Positions 9,055-19,326 of a DNA stretch of 64,000 nucleotides are shown in pieces. This stretch comes from Promethearchaeia archaeon (GTDB taxonomy: Archaea > Asgardarchaeota > Lokiarchaeia > Sigyniarchaeales > SOKP01). The stretch covers positions 1 through 64,000 of the forward strand of contig JAHQWK010000002.1 in the NCBI GenBank assembly GCA_029856145.1, read 5' to 3'. Positions within the stretch are counted from its first letter, which is position 1. Each line of letters starts with the position of its first letter. A model generated the notes under the pieces. It did not search any database. It was not told where the DNA came from and saw only the letters and a program-made list of their open reading frames with translations. The translations under genes and the position numbers were made by a program.

Positions 9055-11667
9055 TTGATTTTTATGAAGTTAAAAAAAAACAAAGAAAAAGATTCTCGAC
9101 CTATAAATTTAGTACTTCTTGCTGTATCTTTTATTATATTTAGTGTTTTAGGTATTGTATTTATTACTCAGATGGAACTTCATGCGGGATGGGCATGGGA
9201 GGAACTTAGGGAAAGTTATCCGGTAGATGTGTATGCTTTTGAAACCGAAGATTTGAATGGAAATGGTGTTAATGAAATCATTGGTTATGCCGATATTGAT
9301 GGAACTGATCGCCCAGAGTATTATGATACACTTAATTTTGGAGGAATTTTTTGTTTAGAAGGATCAAATGGAAATGTTTTATGGGCAAGGGAGTATGACG
9401 GGCCAGTGAAAAAGGTATTTCCTATAATGGATGTTGATGGAGATGGAGTTAAGGATTATTTTACAAGTAGAACTTCGGTAGGTGCCAATTGGACAGTCAT
9501 TAATAGTCACTACGAACCACATATACTTCGGAATTTCTACACAAATCAACTTATTAATGGAAGTGACGGTACTGACATTCCTATTTTAACTGGAGATGGA
9601 CTTAATTTCACTAATTTTTATGTTCATGATTTGATAAGTTTTAATGATTTGACTGATTCACAAGAAGATCTTATTTTATTGGAAGGGGAAGGCTATAAGG
9701 TTGTTGATGGTAATCATACTTGGACGGAGTATAATTGTAGTATTAATACTTATTTTATAAACGGAACTAAAAAAAATAGTATTTATGAAGTTTTTGATGG
9801 CAGTATTCGTTCCGAAGAATTTCTCCCTGCATTTGAATTATTTCAATACATAGATCAATCTCATTTGTTATTTCTTAATAGAGATTCTATGTTTTTATAT
9901 AATCTAAGCTCAGATAATATGCTAGATGAAATTTATAATACTACGTTCTCTAAATCGATCAATGATTATGAAATCATTGAGGACTTAAACTTAGACGGAA
10001 TCCCAGAAATATTAATTGAAACTTGGGACGGAAATATAACCCTTTTAGATGGCTTTGATGGTGGAGAGCTCTACAACATTTCAATAGGTATTGAAACGTG
10101 GGATACTCAAATAACGGAAATTCATAGTGCTGAAGGTGATGGTATCTGTTATTTCTTGATAAAGATGGGATATAAAGTTGAAGATGAAGAATATAAATTA
10201 ATACATATATACTCCCTGACAAACACATCTCATGAATTAATATGGAATAAGGAGGGGCCGCGTAGAAATTTTGATGTCTTCGTTTTAGAGGAAGATTTTG
10301 ATGGAGATTCTGTTGATGAGATAATTTATTATGTAAGTCATCGACCGATTGTGGGATTTGGGGAGGTAAATCGCTATAAAATTATAAGCATTGTTAATGG
10401 AAAAGAGTTTGCTCTTATAAATACAGGATATTCTGGTGATTCGGTAATTACAATTAGTGATTTCGATGGAGACGGCAAAAAGGATTTTGCACTTGCTGGA
10501 GATGATAGTATTATAGCACTTTCTACTCGAAAGCCATTGGGATTATGGTTATCGCCAATGTTTCCTTTAGGTTTCCCTCTATTCGTTGTTCTTGCAATAT
10601 TACTAGTCGCAGGGGTAATTATTATTATATTACGAGGAAAAAGATTACAATATAGACGCCAAGCTGTTGGGCAATATAAACTCACTGTTGCTGTAAATGT
10701 TCTCGCGATTGGGTTAATGACTTTAACATTCATACTCTTCCTGATATTAATGAATGTTTTTAATAATACTCTAATAACAGGTTCTAATAATTCAAACATA
10801 GTAATTGCGTTCTTACTTGTTACCATTATTTGGTATGGTACACTACCATTAACCGCTGCTCTTTACAATCGCTTCGCTCCACAATTTGCTTATGTTTTTA
10901 TTAAACTAAGGAACTTATTCTTTAAAGTTTCTAAAGGCTATAAACACGATATACTTGTATTGGATATGGGAGATAGAAAGGATATTGGTCTCATCATTCA
11001 ACTCAAAAGGTTAGTATTGCCGTTACTTCTTTCAATAGCAGTCGGATTTTACACATATGATGCATTAACCACTTTATTTAAATACCCCACGACTTTCACC
11101 GTATTTGGGTCCACAGAATTCTTCAATTTCATGATGGGGTATATGTTGTTTTGTATTTTACCAATGATATTCTCATTTCTATTATTTGCATTTTTCATTT
11201 CAGGGAATTATTTACTTGATGACGCAGGGATTGTATATTACCGTGAAAATAAGAAATATCGCCAACCTGGAGATATTGAACCTATAAGTATCTGGGCACA
11301 ATCTATTGTTAAAGGTATTGCTGGACTTTCGGCTTTAATTACATTTGGTGCATTTCTTAGTTCTGTAGATTTTTCTGGGTTTTTTGGAGAGGGAGATGCT
11401 TTTAATCTCATTTTTGGATTTCTTATTACAATAGTTATGTTTTTCGGTATTCCGTTTTTAACAGCTTTTTCCTATATACTCCTTGCGGGAGAAGTCATGG
11501 AATTAAGTGCTGAAGAAAATATCAAAAAACTCTATAACATCATGGAAAATAATGGATACGATACGAAACCTCATGATATTACAAAAATTTATCCCTCTGG
11601 CTATGAAGCTTCAAAAAGAGAAACTTCGGAAAAAAGGAATGAAGATAATAGTATTCTATCTGAATAA
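9055..11667 (+). CDS. FG-GAP/VCBS-repeat ectodomain fused to a ~7-TM membrane domain
   Basis: N-terminal anchor; Ca-binding-type repeats DLNGNGVNEI, DVDGDGVKDY, DLNLDGIPEI, DFDGDSVDEI, DFDGDGKKDF; about seven hydrophobic helices in the C-terminal ~370 aa. Confidence 0.8.
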   Translation: MIFMKLKKNKEKDSRPINLVLLAVSFIIFSVLGIVFITQMELHAGWAWEELRESYPVDVYAFETEDLNGNGVNEIIGYADIDGTDRPEYYDTLNFGGIFCLEGSNGNVLWAREYDGPVKKVFPIMDVDGDGVKDYFTSRTSVGANWTVINSHYEPHILRNFYTNQLINGSDGTDIPILTGDGLNFTNFYVHDLISFNDLTDSQEDLILLEGEGYKVVDGNHTWTEYNCSINTYFINGTKKNSIYEVFDGSIRSEEFLPAFELFQYIDQSHLLFLNRDSMFLYNLSSDNMLDEIYNTTFSKSINDYEIIEDLNLDGIPEILIETWDGNITLLDGFDGGELYNISIGIETWDTQITEIHSAEGDGICYFLIKMGYKVEDEEYKLIHIYSLTNTSHELIWNKEGPRRNFDVFVLEEDFDGDSVDEIIYYVSHRPIVGFGEVNRYKIISIVNGKEFALINTGYSGDSVITISDFDGDGKKDFALAGDDSIIALSTRKPLGLWLSPMFPLGFPLFVVLAILLVAGVIIIILRGKRLQYRRQAVGQYKLTVAVNVLAIGLMTLTFILFLILMNVFNNTLITGSNNSNIVIAFLLVTIIWYGTLPLTAALYNRFAPQFAYVFIKLRNLFFKVSKGYKHDILVLDMGDRKDIGLIIQLKRLVLPLLLSIAVGFYTYDALTTLFKYPTTFTVFGSTEFFNFMMGYMLFCILPMIFSFLLFAFFISGNYLLDDAGIVYYRENKKYRQPGDIEPISIWAQSIVKGIAGLSALITFGAFLSSVDFSGFFGEGDAFNLIFGFLITIVMFFGIPFLTAFSYILLAGEVMELSAEENIKKLYNIMENNGYDTKPHDITKIYPSGYEASKRETSEKRNEDNSILSE

Positions 11668-11935
11668 TTTTTTACTTAATTTTTTTTTTATTTGCATTTT
11701 AAAATTTGCATTTTAGGAAACTAAGTCTGTTCTATACGACTTATAATAATGTTTATTTGCATTATAGTAGAAACGATAGACTTTTTTTTTCAATTTCATG
11801 TTAAAATTCACTTTTTAAGGATTAGATTTTGGATATATTATCGTAGTATTATACTCATATATTTACTTTTCAAAGTTTGTAAATTATAACAAAAACTATA
11901 AGTTTTGAATATTAAAAGGGGTTTTATAAAAAAAA

Positions 11936-12094
11936 ATGAAATTAATAACATGTCATATTCCAGAAGCGTATCTAAGTGGAATAGAAGAGCTTGTTAACAT
12001 GAACCTTTATCCTAATCGTTCAGAAGTGATCCGTGTAGCTATTCGCGATTTGCTTAAAACTGAACTCAGTTCACTTTTGAGAAAACCAGAATAA
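11936..12094 (+). CDS. Ribbon-helix-helix (CopG/CdrS-like) transcription factor, 52 aa, not in ORF track
   Basis: Hand translation MKLITCHIPEAYLSGIEELVNMNLYPNRSEVIRVAIRDLLKTELSSLLRKPE; YPNRSEVIRxAIRDLL is a typical archaeal RHH motif. Confidence 0.9.
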   Translation: MKLITCHIPEAYLSGIEELVNMNLYPNRSEVIRVAIRDLLKTELSSLLRKPE

Positions 12095-12174
12095 TTAAAT
12101 ATATTTTTTTCTCATTTCTTTTTCATTTTCCTTGGGATTAAAATTTTATAAAGATAATTTAATTTTCATTAGTA

Positions 12175-13038
12175 ATGACTTTTTCACATACCGATTTCGA
12201 ATATATTGATTGCCATACTCATTTTTTTCCACCTAAGATTTTCAAAGCGATTTGGGAGTTCTTTGAAAGCCCAAATGAAGACCTCAAAATTCAAGGTTGG
12301 CCAATTATTTATAAGCTTTCCCCAGATGAAATGGTTAGATTCTTAGAAAAGCAGAATGTCAAAGCTTTTACCACATATAATTATGCTCATAGGAATGGTG
12401 TTGCAAATTATATTAATGAATGGGTGAATGATTTTTGTAAAAAGTATAAACATTCAATTCCTTTCGGTTGTGTTTGGCCCGAAGATAAGGATCGTAAGGA
12501 ATATATAAGAAAGATCTTAGATGATTATAATTTTTATGGAATAAAGATCCAACCACTTGTTCAGAATTTTTACTTGAACGATGAGAGAATGTATGAAATC
12601 TATAAATTACTTGTAGATAGAGATAAATGGCTATGTGTTCATATTGGCACTGCCCCGTATAGGAATGAATATGTGGGCTACGAGAATTTCATAAAATTCT
12701 TAGAAAAATTCCCTAATATGAAAATAATTATCCCTCATATGGGTGCTTTTGAATATTCGAAATTTTTAGATCTATTAGATAAGTATGAGAATCTCTATTT
12801 AGACACGACAATGATTTATATTCCAGACAATATTTTTCCTGAAAGAACTACTAAAAGACCTAAACCAGATACCTTATTATCTTACCAAGATCGTATATTA
12901 TTTGGCAGTGATTTTCCCAATATTCCTTATGATTATGAATATTCTACGAAAGGATTATTAGAATTTGATTTGCCAAGAGAATTTTATGAAAATATCTTCT
13001 ATAAGAACGCTAAGCGATTATTCAATATTTTAAAATAA
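12175..13038 (+). CDS. Amidohydrolase-2 family metallohydrolase
   Basis: IDCHTH, GIKIQP, VHIG, PHMG, LFGSDFP. Confidence 0.9.
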   Translation: MTFSHTDFEYIDCHTHFFPPKIFKAIWEFFESPNEDLKIQGWPIIYKLSPDEMVRFLEKQNVKAFTTYNYAHRNGVANYINEWVNDFCKKYKHSIPFGCVWPEDKDRKEYIRKILDDYNFYGIKIQPLVQNFYLNDERMYEIYKLLVDRDKWLCVHIGTAPYRNEYVGYENFIKFLEKFPNMKIIIPHMGAFEYSKFLDLLDKYENLYLDTTMIYIPDNIFPERTTKRPKPDTLLSYQDRILFGSDFPNIPYDYEYSTKGLLEFDLPREFYENIFYKNAKRLFNILK

Positions 13039-13092
13039 TGCTAGGCTTATTGCCATAACAAACATTCCAGTAGCAATTCCTAAAAGTAACTC
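13030..13092 (-). pseudogene. Possible C-terminal stub of a lost membrane transporter (ZIP/ZupT-like)
   Basis: Minus frame reads ELLLGIATGMFVMAISLALF* with in-frame stops just upstream; resembles the last helix of ZIP transporters. Confidence 0.35.
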
Positions 13093-13206
13093 ATTTTAAA
13101 ATTATGAAGTTCTACACAACAAAAGTTATAATCATTATTTAAAAAATAATAAATAGAAACTTGTATAATCTGAAATTATAAAATAGATCGAAGATAGTGT
13201 TGTTAA

Positions 13207-13704
13207 ATGCGAACGATAACTGACGCTGATAAAATATTTTATTTTGAAAAGAGTTTCTTTACTATGGATGGTTTATGGATGCTAGAAACGGAAAAGGAAG
13301 TAGGGTGGGATACTGCTCTAAAAATTGATAAAGCAGTTTGGATTAGGCTTATGAATATTACTTTTAGAAGGATTAAGAAGTATTTAAACATTGATAAAAA
13401 TAACCTAAATGATTTAATTGAGATTCTTACATTCCGATGGTCTATTGAGGGTTGGAAATATTCAATTAATCAATACTCTGAATTTGAAGCAGTAATTGAA
13501 ATAAATGAGTGCCCCTATAAAGCAATAATGGATAGAAATCCCGAACGGCGAGAAAAAATCTCTTTAATTTGTAAAGATATGTGTATTCCTTTTTATAACG
13601 CTGTTTTAGAAGATTTTAATCCAAAAATAAAATTAGAAAGGAGTAAATTTATGGGTTTAGGAGATAATGTTTGTCATTTTCATTTTAGACAAAGAGATAA
13701 ATAA
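13207..13704 (+). CDS. V4R/ATC-hydrolase-like protein (DUF6125-like)
   Basis: MDGLW, ECPY, a single C, and a terminal CHFHF; V4R-type Cys pattern. Confidence 0.6.
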   Translation: MRTITDADKIFYFEKSFFTMDGLWMLETEKEVGWDTALKIDKAVWIRLMNITFRRIKKYLNIDKNNLNDLIEILTFRWSIEGWKYSINQYSEFEAVIEINECPYKAIMDRNPERREKISLICKDMCIPFYNAVLEDFNPKIKLERSKFMGLGDNVCHFHFRQRDK

Positions 13705-13717
13705 GTAGCCTTATTAA

Positions 13718-15604
13718 TTATCTATAAATAGTTCTAAAATGTCTAATCTGATTTCTCGTTTTTGAGATAATCAAATTTGCCTCATTTTCTGCTATTGAAA
13801 ATATATTAAATATAATATCATCGATTTCTCTTAACACACTATAAAACTTCTCTAAATCGATGCTATCATTTTGTAATAATATGTTGATCACATCTACTTT
13901 TTCTACAATTTTATTTTTAGTATTATTACCTGGTTTAATGATAGGTAAATGTCTAATCATATACTGATTTAAATTAATAGTTGTATCTTTCTGATTATTA
14001 ATTGCATAAATACAATAAAACTGGATTAAGATTGAATTAAAAATGGCACATAAGTATTTAAGTTCACTAACATCGTTATGAAGTAATGAATAAATTGATG
14101 ATGTAAAACATATATTTTCTTCTGTATAAATTGCTTCAGGAATTATATTATTATGTTTAATTAACAATTTCGGTTCCTTATAGTATTCATAATCATTACC
14201 CTTCAAGATCTTTGGATCTAATTCTTCAATATTAAAAGTCTTATTTTTTTTGAAGATATAATAATTAAAATCGTTTCTAGCACTTACAAAAAAACAAGAA
14301 CCACTAATATCTTTTCTTAATTTTCTTTTTACTATCTCTAACCCCTTTTCTTCTTCTCCCCTAATCATCCTTGGAAAATCTACAGAATTTAAATAATTTA
14401 GATCTCCAATCTTTTCTATTTTTTCAATTAATTGATATATCTCTTCGTTTGGTTTAATCCTTATACGATTCAATTCGACCGTTTTTGATTCACAATATGG
14501 ACATTTCTTCTTAAAAGTATAAACGTAAAATTTTTTGGACGTTAAAAATAAGGGGCATTCTAAATTGAAACAAATCTTTAAGGAATCTACATCTTGATTT
14601 GGATAGGTAATAATCTTAGTTCTAGGATAATCATAAATGATTAAATCTTTTCTAAAATACTTACTTTCGTTTTCATATATTATTATTTGAACTTCATTAG
14701 TTGCTCTCTTAAACATTTTGGAGCCAAGATCAAAGATTTTAAAGATATTTGCTTTAGAAAGGAAATTACTTCTAAATTTAATATAACCTTGCCTTAGAAG
14801 GAAACTTTTTGGAACCAAGAAACCGATGACTTCATTACTCCATTTTAAAGCTTTTAGTAAAAAAGCACAGTAAATATCCTTATAAAAAACATTTTCTTTT
14901 TTAAGAACTTCTTTTTCTTTCTGATTTAAAATATTCCCGTAAGGGGGGTTGCCAATTATTATATCAAATTTTGGAAATTTTGAATTGATTATGCTATTTT
15001 GTATTCTTAAATTTGATTTTAGAATTGATATTAATTTTTCCATTCTTGTTTTGTCCTCATTATTATACCACCTTAGAAGTTTTAAAATGCACAATTTAAT
15101 CGCATATTCATTAATATCAAATCCAAATAGATTGTTTAGTATTTGCTTTTTAATTTGAATGTCAGGTAAGTGATAATTTAATTTGAGAATAGTATTATAA
15201 AGAATATGAGCGGCGCTTAAGAGAAAAATACCTGAGCCACATGCTGGATCGCAGATTGTAATATTTAATAGTATTTTTATTATCTTTTGTTTAAGATCTT
15301 GATCAAATTTAAGAATTTCATCTAGACTTTGTATATTTTTAATATTTTGAGTGTGATTATTTAATTTTTTATTAATTAAACACAGTAAAGTTTCTGTAAC
15401 TATAAAATCTGATATGCTTCTATTTGTATAAAAAGTACCCTCTTTCTTCCGTTTGTGATATCCACTTAAAAATTGTTCTTCAAAACTATCAATTAAAGGA
15501 AAAAGGCTACGTATTTGTTGAAAATCATTAGTCTTTATAGATTTATCAAATAATCCAATAAAGTCTTTGAATTTTTCAAAATTTTTTTGTTTTTCCACTT
15601 TCAA
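13718..15604 (-). CDS. Amino (N6-A-type) DNA methyltransferase, Eco57I/TaqI-like, with C-terminal specificity domain
   Basis: GTFYT, DPACGSGIFL, GFDIN, IIGNPPY; TaqI-C-like C-terminus (YLCAIFNS, LPI). Confidence 0.88.
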   Translation of the reverse strand: MKVEKQKNFEKFKDFIGLFDKSIKTNDFQQIRSLFPLIDSFEEQFLSGYHKRKKEGTFYTNRSISDFIVTETLLCLINKKLNNHTQNIKNIQSLDEILKFDQDLKQKIIKILLNITICDPACGSGIFLLSAAHILYNTILKLNYHLPDIQIKKQILNNLFGFDINEYAIKLCILKLLRWYNNEDKTRMEKLISILKSNLRIQNSIINSKFPKFDIIIGNPPYGNILNQKEKEVLKKENVFYKDIYCAFLLKALKWSNEVIGFLVPKSFLLRQGYIKFRSNFLSKANIFKIFDLGSKMFKRATNEVQIIIYENESKYFRKDLIIYDYPRTKIITYPNQDVDSLKICFNLECPLFLTSKKFYVYTFKKKCPYCESKTVELNRIRIKPNEEIYQLIEKIEKIGDLNYLNSVDFPRMIRGEEEKGLEIVKRKLRKDISGSCFFVSARNDFNYYIFKKNKTFNIEELDPKILKGNDYEYYKEPKLLIKHNNIIPEAIYTEENICFTSSIYSLLHNDVSELKYLCAIFNSILIQFYCIYAINNQKDTTINLNQYMIRHLPIIKPGNNTKNKIVEKVDVINILLQNDSIDLEKFYSVLREIDDIIFNIFSIAENEANLIISKTRNQIRHFRTIYR

Positions 15605-15720
15605 AAATTACAAAATTCTTTTGTATATCATCTATAATTTTCAATTTAAAATATTTTATTGTTTATGCGATATTTTGTTTATATTTTTATAGTTAGATTA
15701 CCTTAATATAATAGGATACT

Positions 15721-16215
15721 ATGACTAATGATAAAGAGGAAGAAAAGGATTACTACGGAGTTGCTCCAATTAGTTCAATAGTTAAAAAAATGAAAAAAGA
15801 ATATGATAGAGACAGAAAGGATTGGAGAGTCATAGGTTCAAATGATAAAGATGGCAATTTGGATACTTTTATAACAAAAAAACCCAATGCTTATTGGTTA
15901 AAATCAAAACAATTAAGTCCCTATTCAGCCTTGAGTATGGGCACGGTCGCTAGGAACTTAGATAAAGATATTGATGAAAAAATTGGAAAAAAGATGTCAT
16001 CAAACGATATGTTTCGTTTATTTGGTATGATTGTTCCTATTAAAAAAGACCAGAATGTAATTGCTACCGGTATTGAAAAATATTCTCAAGAACATGGTAA
16101 TTATCTTAAGAAATTAATAAGTGATCGAGATCCAAATATAGGCCCTGCATTAGGAAGGCGTATTGATAAGGAATTTTCTAAAAAACATCCACAACGACGT
16201 GGCTTATATATTTAA
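15721..16215 (+). CDS. Hypothetical protein
   Basis: 164-aa ATG-started ORF with no competing frame. Confidence 0.7.
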   Translation: MTNDKEEEKDYYGVAPISSIVKKMKKEYDRDRKDWRVIGSNDKDGNLDTFITKKPNAYWLKSKQLSPYSALSMGTVARNLDKDIDEKIGKKMSSNDMFRLFGMIVPIKKDQNVIATGIEKYSQEHGNYLKKLISDRDPNIGPALGRRIDKEFSKKHPQRRGLYI

Positions 16216-16223
16216 ATAAGGAG

Positions 16224-16634
16224 TTATACTTTCTCTTTTAATTTACCTAACTCATCTTTACTTTTAATTATAAAATCAGTATTGCTAGTATATTTTGACG
16301 CGTTGTTTATTAATTCTGTAATAATTGTTACTATTAAATCAGAACCAGATTTTCCAGTACCTCCAGCAAATTCTTTTAATAAAGGTACTTTTAAATCTTG
16401 AACATAGAAAGTAAGGCCTTTTGAAATCTCTTCCATCATTAATTGGTAAGCAAAATCGGGGCTCTTCTCTCCTTTCATTAAAGGCTCATCAGGATCTTCG
16501 AAAGTATAAGATACTTCTAGCCATTTATCACCAGCAGTTGGTACCATACCATAAATGTAATCAGTAGTATAGAGCCATAATGGTGTTCCATTATCGAAAG
16601 AAGAATCTACAATTGCTTTAAATTCCTCACTCAT
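16224..16634 (-). CDS. Hypothetical protein
   Basis: 136-aa ORF with globular composition, convergent with the previous gene. Confidence 0.7.
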   Translation of the reverse strand: MSEEFKAIVDSSFDNGTPLWLYTTDYIYGMVPTAGDKWLEVSYTFEDPDEPLMKGEKSPDFAYQLMMEEISKGLTFYVQDLKVPLLKEFAGGTGKSGSDLIVTIITELINNASKYTSNTDFIIKSKDELGKLKEKV

Positions 16635-16768
16635 TCTTAATCAAGACTTTTAAAATAAAATTACTTCTATTAGATAAAGTTAAGTTAATATATTTAATTT
16701 TATTATGATCTTATCTTTTAAGTTTATGCAAAAAAGAGGATTACATAAAAGTATTAAGGGAAAAAATC

Positions 16769-17533
16769 ATGCGAAAACTAGATTATCAAAAGATTATTTC
16801 TGAAATTCAAGAATGGATAAAAGAATATGTAATTTCCGCTAAAGTTAAAGGAGTTGTTGTGGGAATTAGTGGAGGTATTGATAGCGCGGTCACAACAACT
16901 TTATGTGTTAAGGCACTTGGTAAGAAAAATGTCATTGGTCTAGGTTTACCATGTTCATCAATTCCCCAAGATTTAAACGATGCAAATAAATTGGCCAAAA
17001 TTTTAGGAATTAAGTTTATCATATTAGAATTAACAAATACTTATAACGAATTTTTGAAAAATTCATCCTCTTTATTTGAATCTAACAAACTAGCAACAGC
17101 AAATTTAAAACCACGATTAAGAATGATGGCTATTTATTTTACCGGTCAATCTTTAGGAAAGTTTCTGGTTGCTGGTACCAGTAATAGAACGGAAATAGCT
17201 ATTGGTTATTTCACTAAGTATGGTGATGGTGGAGTTGACATTGAACCAATAGGAGGTCTTTATAAATGTGAAGTAAGAGAGAGCGCCAAAAAGCTCAATA
17301 TCCCAAAAGAGATCATAAATAAACCACCGAGTGCAGGATTATGGGAAGATCAAACAGATGAAGATGAAATTGGTTTAACATATAATGTTTTAGATGAAAT
17401 TATCTTTAGGATTGATAATGATTTAGATTTAAATGATTTAAACCAAGATAATGTAAAGAAAGTAAAGGAAATGATGAAATCAGCGCATCATAAACTTACA
17501 ATGCCGCCTACTTTCAGGATAAAGAATAATTAA
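16769..17533 (+). CDS. nadE: NH3-dependent NAD+ synthetase
   Basis: GISGGIDSAV, ANLKPRLRM, GYFTKYGDGGVD, PPSAGLWEDQTDE. Confidence 0.96.
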   Translation: MRKLDYQKIISEIQEWIKEYVISAKVKGVVVGISGGIDSAVTTTLCVKALGKKNVIGLGLPCSSIPQDLNDANKLAKILGIKFIILELTNTYNEFLKNSSSLFESNKLATANLKPRLRMMAIYFTGQSLGKFLVAGTSNRTEIAIGYFTKYGDGGVDIEPIGGLYKCEVRESAKKLNIPKEIINKPPSAGLWEDQTDEDEIGLTYNVLDEIIFRIDNDLDLNDLNQDNVKKVKEMMKSAHHKLTMPPTFRIKNN

Positions 17534-17546
17534 AGATAGTTTAAAA

Positions 17547-19049
17547 TTATAAACTTGAGATAACACGTCTTATTTTGTTAATTTTCGATGTTATACCATT
17601 TAGTCTTCCTCTTAGTTCTTCACCCTGCTTTTTGTATTTAGAATCATCAATAGAACCTGTGCTATAAGTTTTTTCTAATTCTTTAAAAGTTTTTTCTAGA
17701 GAATAACGTTTGCCCTCAAGAGCAATTAATTCTTGATATAAGGAATCTTTATCAGAAGGCAGTTCTTCTTCAATATCTGGCTCAGGTTCAGTGTAGCTAC
17801 TAATTTTAGAATCAGAAGCTTTAAATCCAACAAAAGGTATTGTATCACTTTTTTCTTCCTTTTTCTTTTTCTTAACTTTTACTGGTGTCGAACTAAAAGC
17901 ATCATCTAGCGTCGGTAGTTTTTTAGATGGTTTTTCTCCGACTGAAGAAAATACGTTAAATAATTCAGTTCCAGTAGAGTGAATTTCTTCATCTTCAATT
18001 TCTTCTATACTTACTGAGGTAATTTTAGGTTTTGTTGTAATAGCAGGCCTTTCAATAATTTTCGGTTCTTCAACATTTTTGGTTTCTTTGATGGTAAATG
18101 GTATTTTCTTTTCTTTTTCTGAGGTTTCAACTTCTATAATTTCAGGTACTAGTGATCTTTTCTTAGGTTTTTCAGGCATTATAGTAAAATTTGGTGGTTC
18201 TCGTGGTTCTAAAGGTATCTCAGATTCTTCAAGAATATCTAAAATCGATTCTGGGTCTTTCGAAATTTCTGAAATAATTTTTTCTTCTTGTATTTTTTGA
18301 ATAAGATCCTCTTTAATCTCGGGTTTTTGCTCAAAAATAGAATTATTTTGTTGTCTTTCTAATTCTTGTTCAATTTTTGATTGAACTTGCTCAATCGATT
18401 TAATTCCAATTGCTTTTTTAGGTTTTTCTGCTTCAGATTTTCTTGGAGCTTTAAGTTGAGGAGGGTGATCAGGTTTTTTGATAACAGGAAGCTTAATTTT
18501 TGGTGGAGGTAATTTCACATCTTTTTTAGGAGTAATTTTTTTTATAACTTTGTTATGAGAAACTTGATGAATTGTTTCATCTTTTTTCTCTAACTCTATC
18601 TTTAAGACATCTATTTTTTGTTTTAGATCATCTATTTCTCCTTTAAATTGTTCAGAAACTTTATCTACAATCTGATCTATATCAAAACTAGCGGTCTCTA
18701 AATCTTCATGTAAGCGAGCGGTTGGAGACTCTTTTATATCTTCTTCAGGCGCAAATTCAGGAAGTTCATCAGTAATTTTGATAATTTTTTCAATATTTTC
18801 AGGCAACTCAGATTCTAAAAACCAAAGTTCCAAAGTATCCCAGTTATCTAATTTATTTAATGTTTCTTCAAATAAAGCTAGATTCGCTTCTACATTAAAT
18901 GTTTTTACAGATTTTAAAGTTTGAATCTGGTTAATTAATTTCTCTCGAGCTGTAATCTCATCATCCGGAGTTGGTTCTCCCTTTGTCAAGTATAAATAAA
19001 TATCTTTAATTTCTTGTATTATTGAATTGAACTTTTCTTCTTCGCTCAT
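17547..19049 (-). CDS. Hypothetical protein: helical N-domain, coiled coil, long P/E/K-rich linker, helical C-terminal hairpin
   Basis: 500 aa; low-complexity centre, heptad-rich ends. Confidence 0.75.
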   Translation of the reverse strand: MSEEEKFNSIIQEIKDIYLYLTKGEPTPDDEITAREKLINQIQTLKSVKTFNVEANLALFEETLNKLDNWDTLELWFLESELPENIEKIIKITDELPEFAPEEDIKESPTARLHEDLETASFDIDQIVDKVSEQFKGEIDDLKQKIDVLKIELEKKDETIHQVSHNKVIKKITPKKDVKLPPPKIKLPVIKKPDHPPQLKAPRKSEAEKPKKAIGIKSIEQVQSKIEQELERQQNNSIFEQKPEIKEDLIQKIQEEKIISEISKDPESILDILEESEIPLEPREPPNFTIMPEKPKKRSLVPEIIEVETSEKEKKIPFTIKETKNVEEPKIIERPAITTKPKITSVSIEEIEDEEIHSTGTELFNVFSSVGEKPSKKLPTLDDAFSSTPVKVKKKKKEEKSDTIPFVGFKASDSKISSYTEPEPDIEEELPSDKDSLYQELIALEGKRYSLEKTFKELEKTYSTGSIDDSKYKKQGEELRGRLNGITSKINKIRRVISSL

Positions 19050-19326
19050 GAAAGATTACTTGAATGGTTTATTTTAATTATCTCTTAAAATATCTCTTTA
19101 AGTATTTAAAAACATTTCACTAATATATTTTTTTGCGATGTCAAAGGAAATTGAATCTTGAAAATTCATTATAAATATTTAATCTAATTAGAGAAAAATC
19201 TGAAATTTTAATTAAAGTCCATATCTCTTTTATCTTCAAAAACATCTTAAGAATTTTTTAGTATAGATGTAGAAAAAGTGAACTGAATAATTTATTTTGA
19301 CCCGGCTGCTAAGAAAATCTACTTAA

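Noticed and set aside
11722-11790. Imperfect inverted repeat followed by a T run
   Set aside because: Pairing needs several gaps in AT-rich sequence; at most an ordinary terminator
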